From: Setoptus koraiensis
Lineage: Eukaryota > Animalia > Arthropoda
Length of the DNA: 64,000 nucleotides
Assembly (NCBI GenBank): GCA_048013815.1
Contig: CM106586.1
Coordinates: 18,538,001 to 18,602,000, forward strand
Direction: 5' to 3'
The position numbers and the translations under genes were made by a program. The notes under the pieces are model-generated. The model saw nothing but the letters and a program-made list of their open reading frames with translations. It was not told the DNA's origin and made no database searches. Below are positions 63,097-64,000 of the stretch, piece by piece (position 1 is the stretch's first letter; each line of letters begins with the position of its first letter).

Positions 63097-64000
63097 ATGG
63101 ATACTATCAAATTCAACATATTTCGCATTGCAATTTCAATTGTCACATTCATCAACGGTTCAGCAAATGTTTTGCGGCCCAACAACGAAGAAGAAGGAGC
63201 AGCACAATTAAAACAGTCGGATAATCGCTACCAGTCGAAGGCGAAAAAGAGAGCGCTGGTCGATGAAATGAAGGCTCGCGTTGCCTTATATCTGGCAAAT
63301 AGACAAAGAAAAATGAGCTACCTCATATGGATGGTGCTCGACTTCATCGGAGGACTCTATATTCTATGCAATTTTATTGTTTGCGGCTTTGGTAGCGAGA
63401 GTCTCATCTCCAAATTAGAAGAGAAATACCTAACCGTCAACCCGTTCGGGCCGTATAGAGTCTCTAGAATGCTCAACAGACAAGGTGCTATACTCTTTAT
63501 AGAAGTCTACGTGCTTCGAATAATGAACATTGCAGCAAACCTGAGGAAAGAGTCTGGGCGCCAGCACTTCGATCAGGAGTTGACGTACTTGCACAGTCTT
63601 GAATTAACTCCCAGAGCTTGGATCTATATTTTGGGTCTCACAAATAAAGTTCAATGCAAAGATGATGCACATCAGGAGAGAATCATGCACAGCACTCAGC
63701 GATGCAAGCCTCAGTGTCCAAGTGCAAATCGCGACGAATGCAGTCATGTTGATGCCCGTGGTTCTGAATTATCTGAATTGCTCCCGAAAGATTCCGTACA
63801 GACGAGTCACAGAAAAAAGACGTTCGATTTCGATGATGACTTTCGAGAAATCAATTATCAGCTACAATTTCCGGAGCAACTTTTAACAAACGGGTCTCCC
63901 CATGTCTTTGATTTGATGTCGCTGAGGGTGCTGGTATTTCTATATTTATTCGCTTACCTGGTGGTAACATTGGTCGGCGTAGCAACTATACGAGCTTCTG
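63097..64000 (+). CDS. GR-like 7TM protein, copy 10 (3'-truncated by the window end; absent from the ORF track)
   Basis: Open from ATG GAT ACT ATC AAA TTC to the window edge. Carries family motifs MDTIKFN, GFGSESLI, LTPRAWIYILGLT, FDFDDDFREINYQL and NGSPH. Confidence 0.88.
   Translation, partial: MDTIKFNIFRIAISIVTFINGSANVLRPNNEEEGAAQLKQSDNRYQSKAKKRALVDEMKARVALYLANRQRKMSYLIWMVLDFIGGLYILCNFIVCGFGSESLISKLEEKYLTVNPFGPYRVSRMLNRQGAILFIEVYVLRIMNIAANLRKESGRQHFDQELTYLHSLELTPRAWIYILGLTNKVQCKDDAHQERIMHSTQRCKPQCPSANRDECSHVDARGSELSELLPKDSVQTSHRKKTFDFDDDFREINYQLQFPEQLLTNGSPHVFDLMSLRVLVFLYLFAYLVVTLVGVATIRAS

Noticed and set aside
28881-64000. Array as a collapsed or duplicated assembly artefact, or as retrotransposon ORFs
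   Set aside because: The copies are clearly diverged, with distinct introns, and show no RT, integrase or gag motifs and no LTRs

Overview
Eukaryotic, intron-poor arthropod DNA; a compact mite or other chelicerate genome is my inference from gene content and short introns. The left ~16 kb is GC-richer and full of simple repeats. It holds a low-complexity ORF and a 7-exon three-Ig cell-adhesion gene of the DIP/Lachesin type (minus strand). Next come a 3-exon MET/RON-like receptor tyrosine kinase (Sema-PSI-IPT-TM-kinase, minus), a possible small spliced gene, and an intronless 1425-aa ATP-grasp/His-swivel enzyme with rifampicin-phosphotransferase/PigC/YvkC architecture. From 28.9 kb to the window end runs a head-to-tail array of 10 paralogous ~600-aa 7TM genes (9 complete, 1 cut by the edge) plus 2 pseudogene fragments. 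The ORF track shows only exon 1 of these genes. I reconstructed two further phase-0 exons in all 9 complete copies (168 nt and 54/51 nt); they supply a gustatory-receptor-like TM7 ending (...SGIILLLQYAV*). The family therefore looks like a divergent, oversized GR/7TMIC lineage. Most copies are preceded by two conserved non-coding motifs (GTGCGTGCAT and ATGGTCCRTGAAGC). Small orphan secreted-protein genes, a hAT-type MITE with an 8-bp TSD and perfect hairpins lie between the receptors. All family assignments come from motif recognition by eye; no database search was run.
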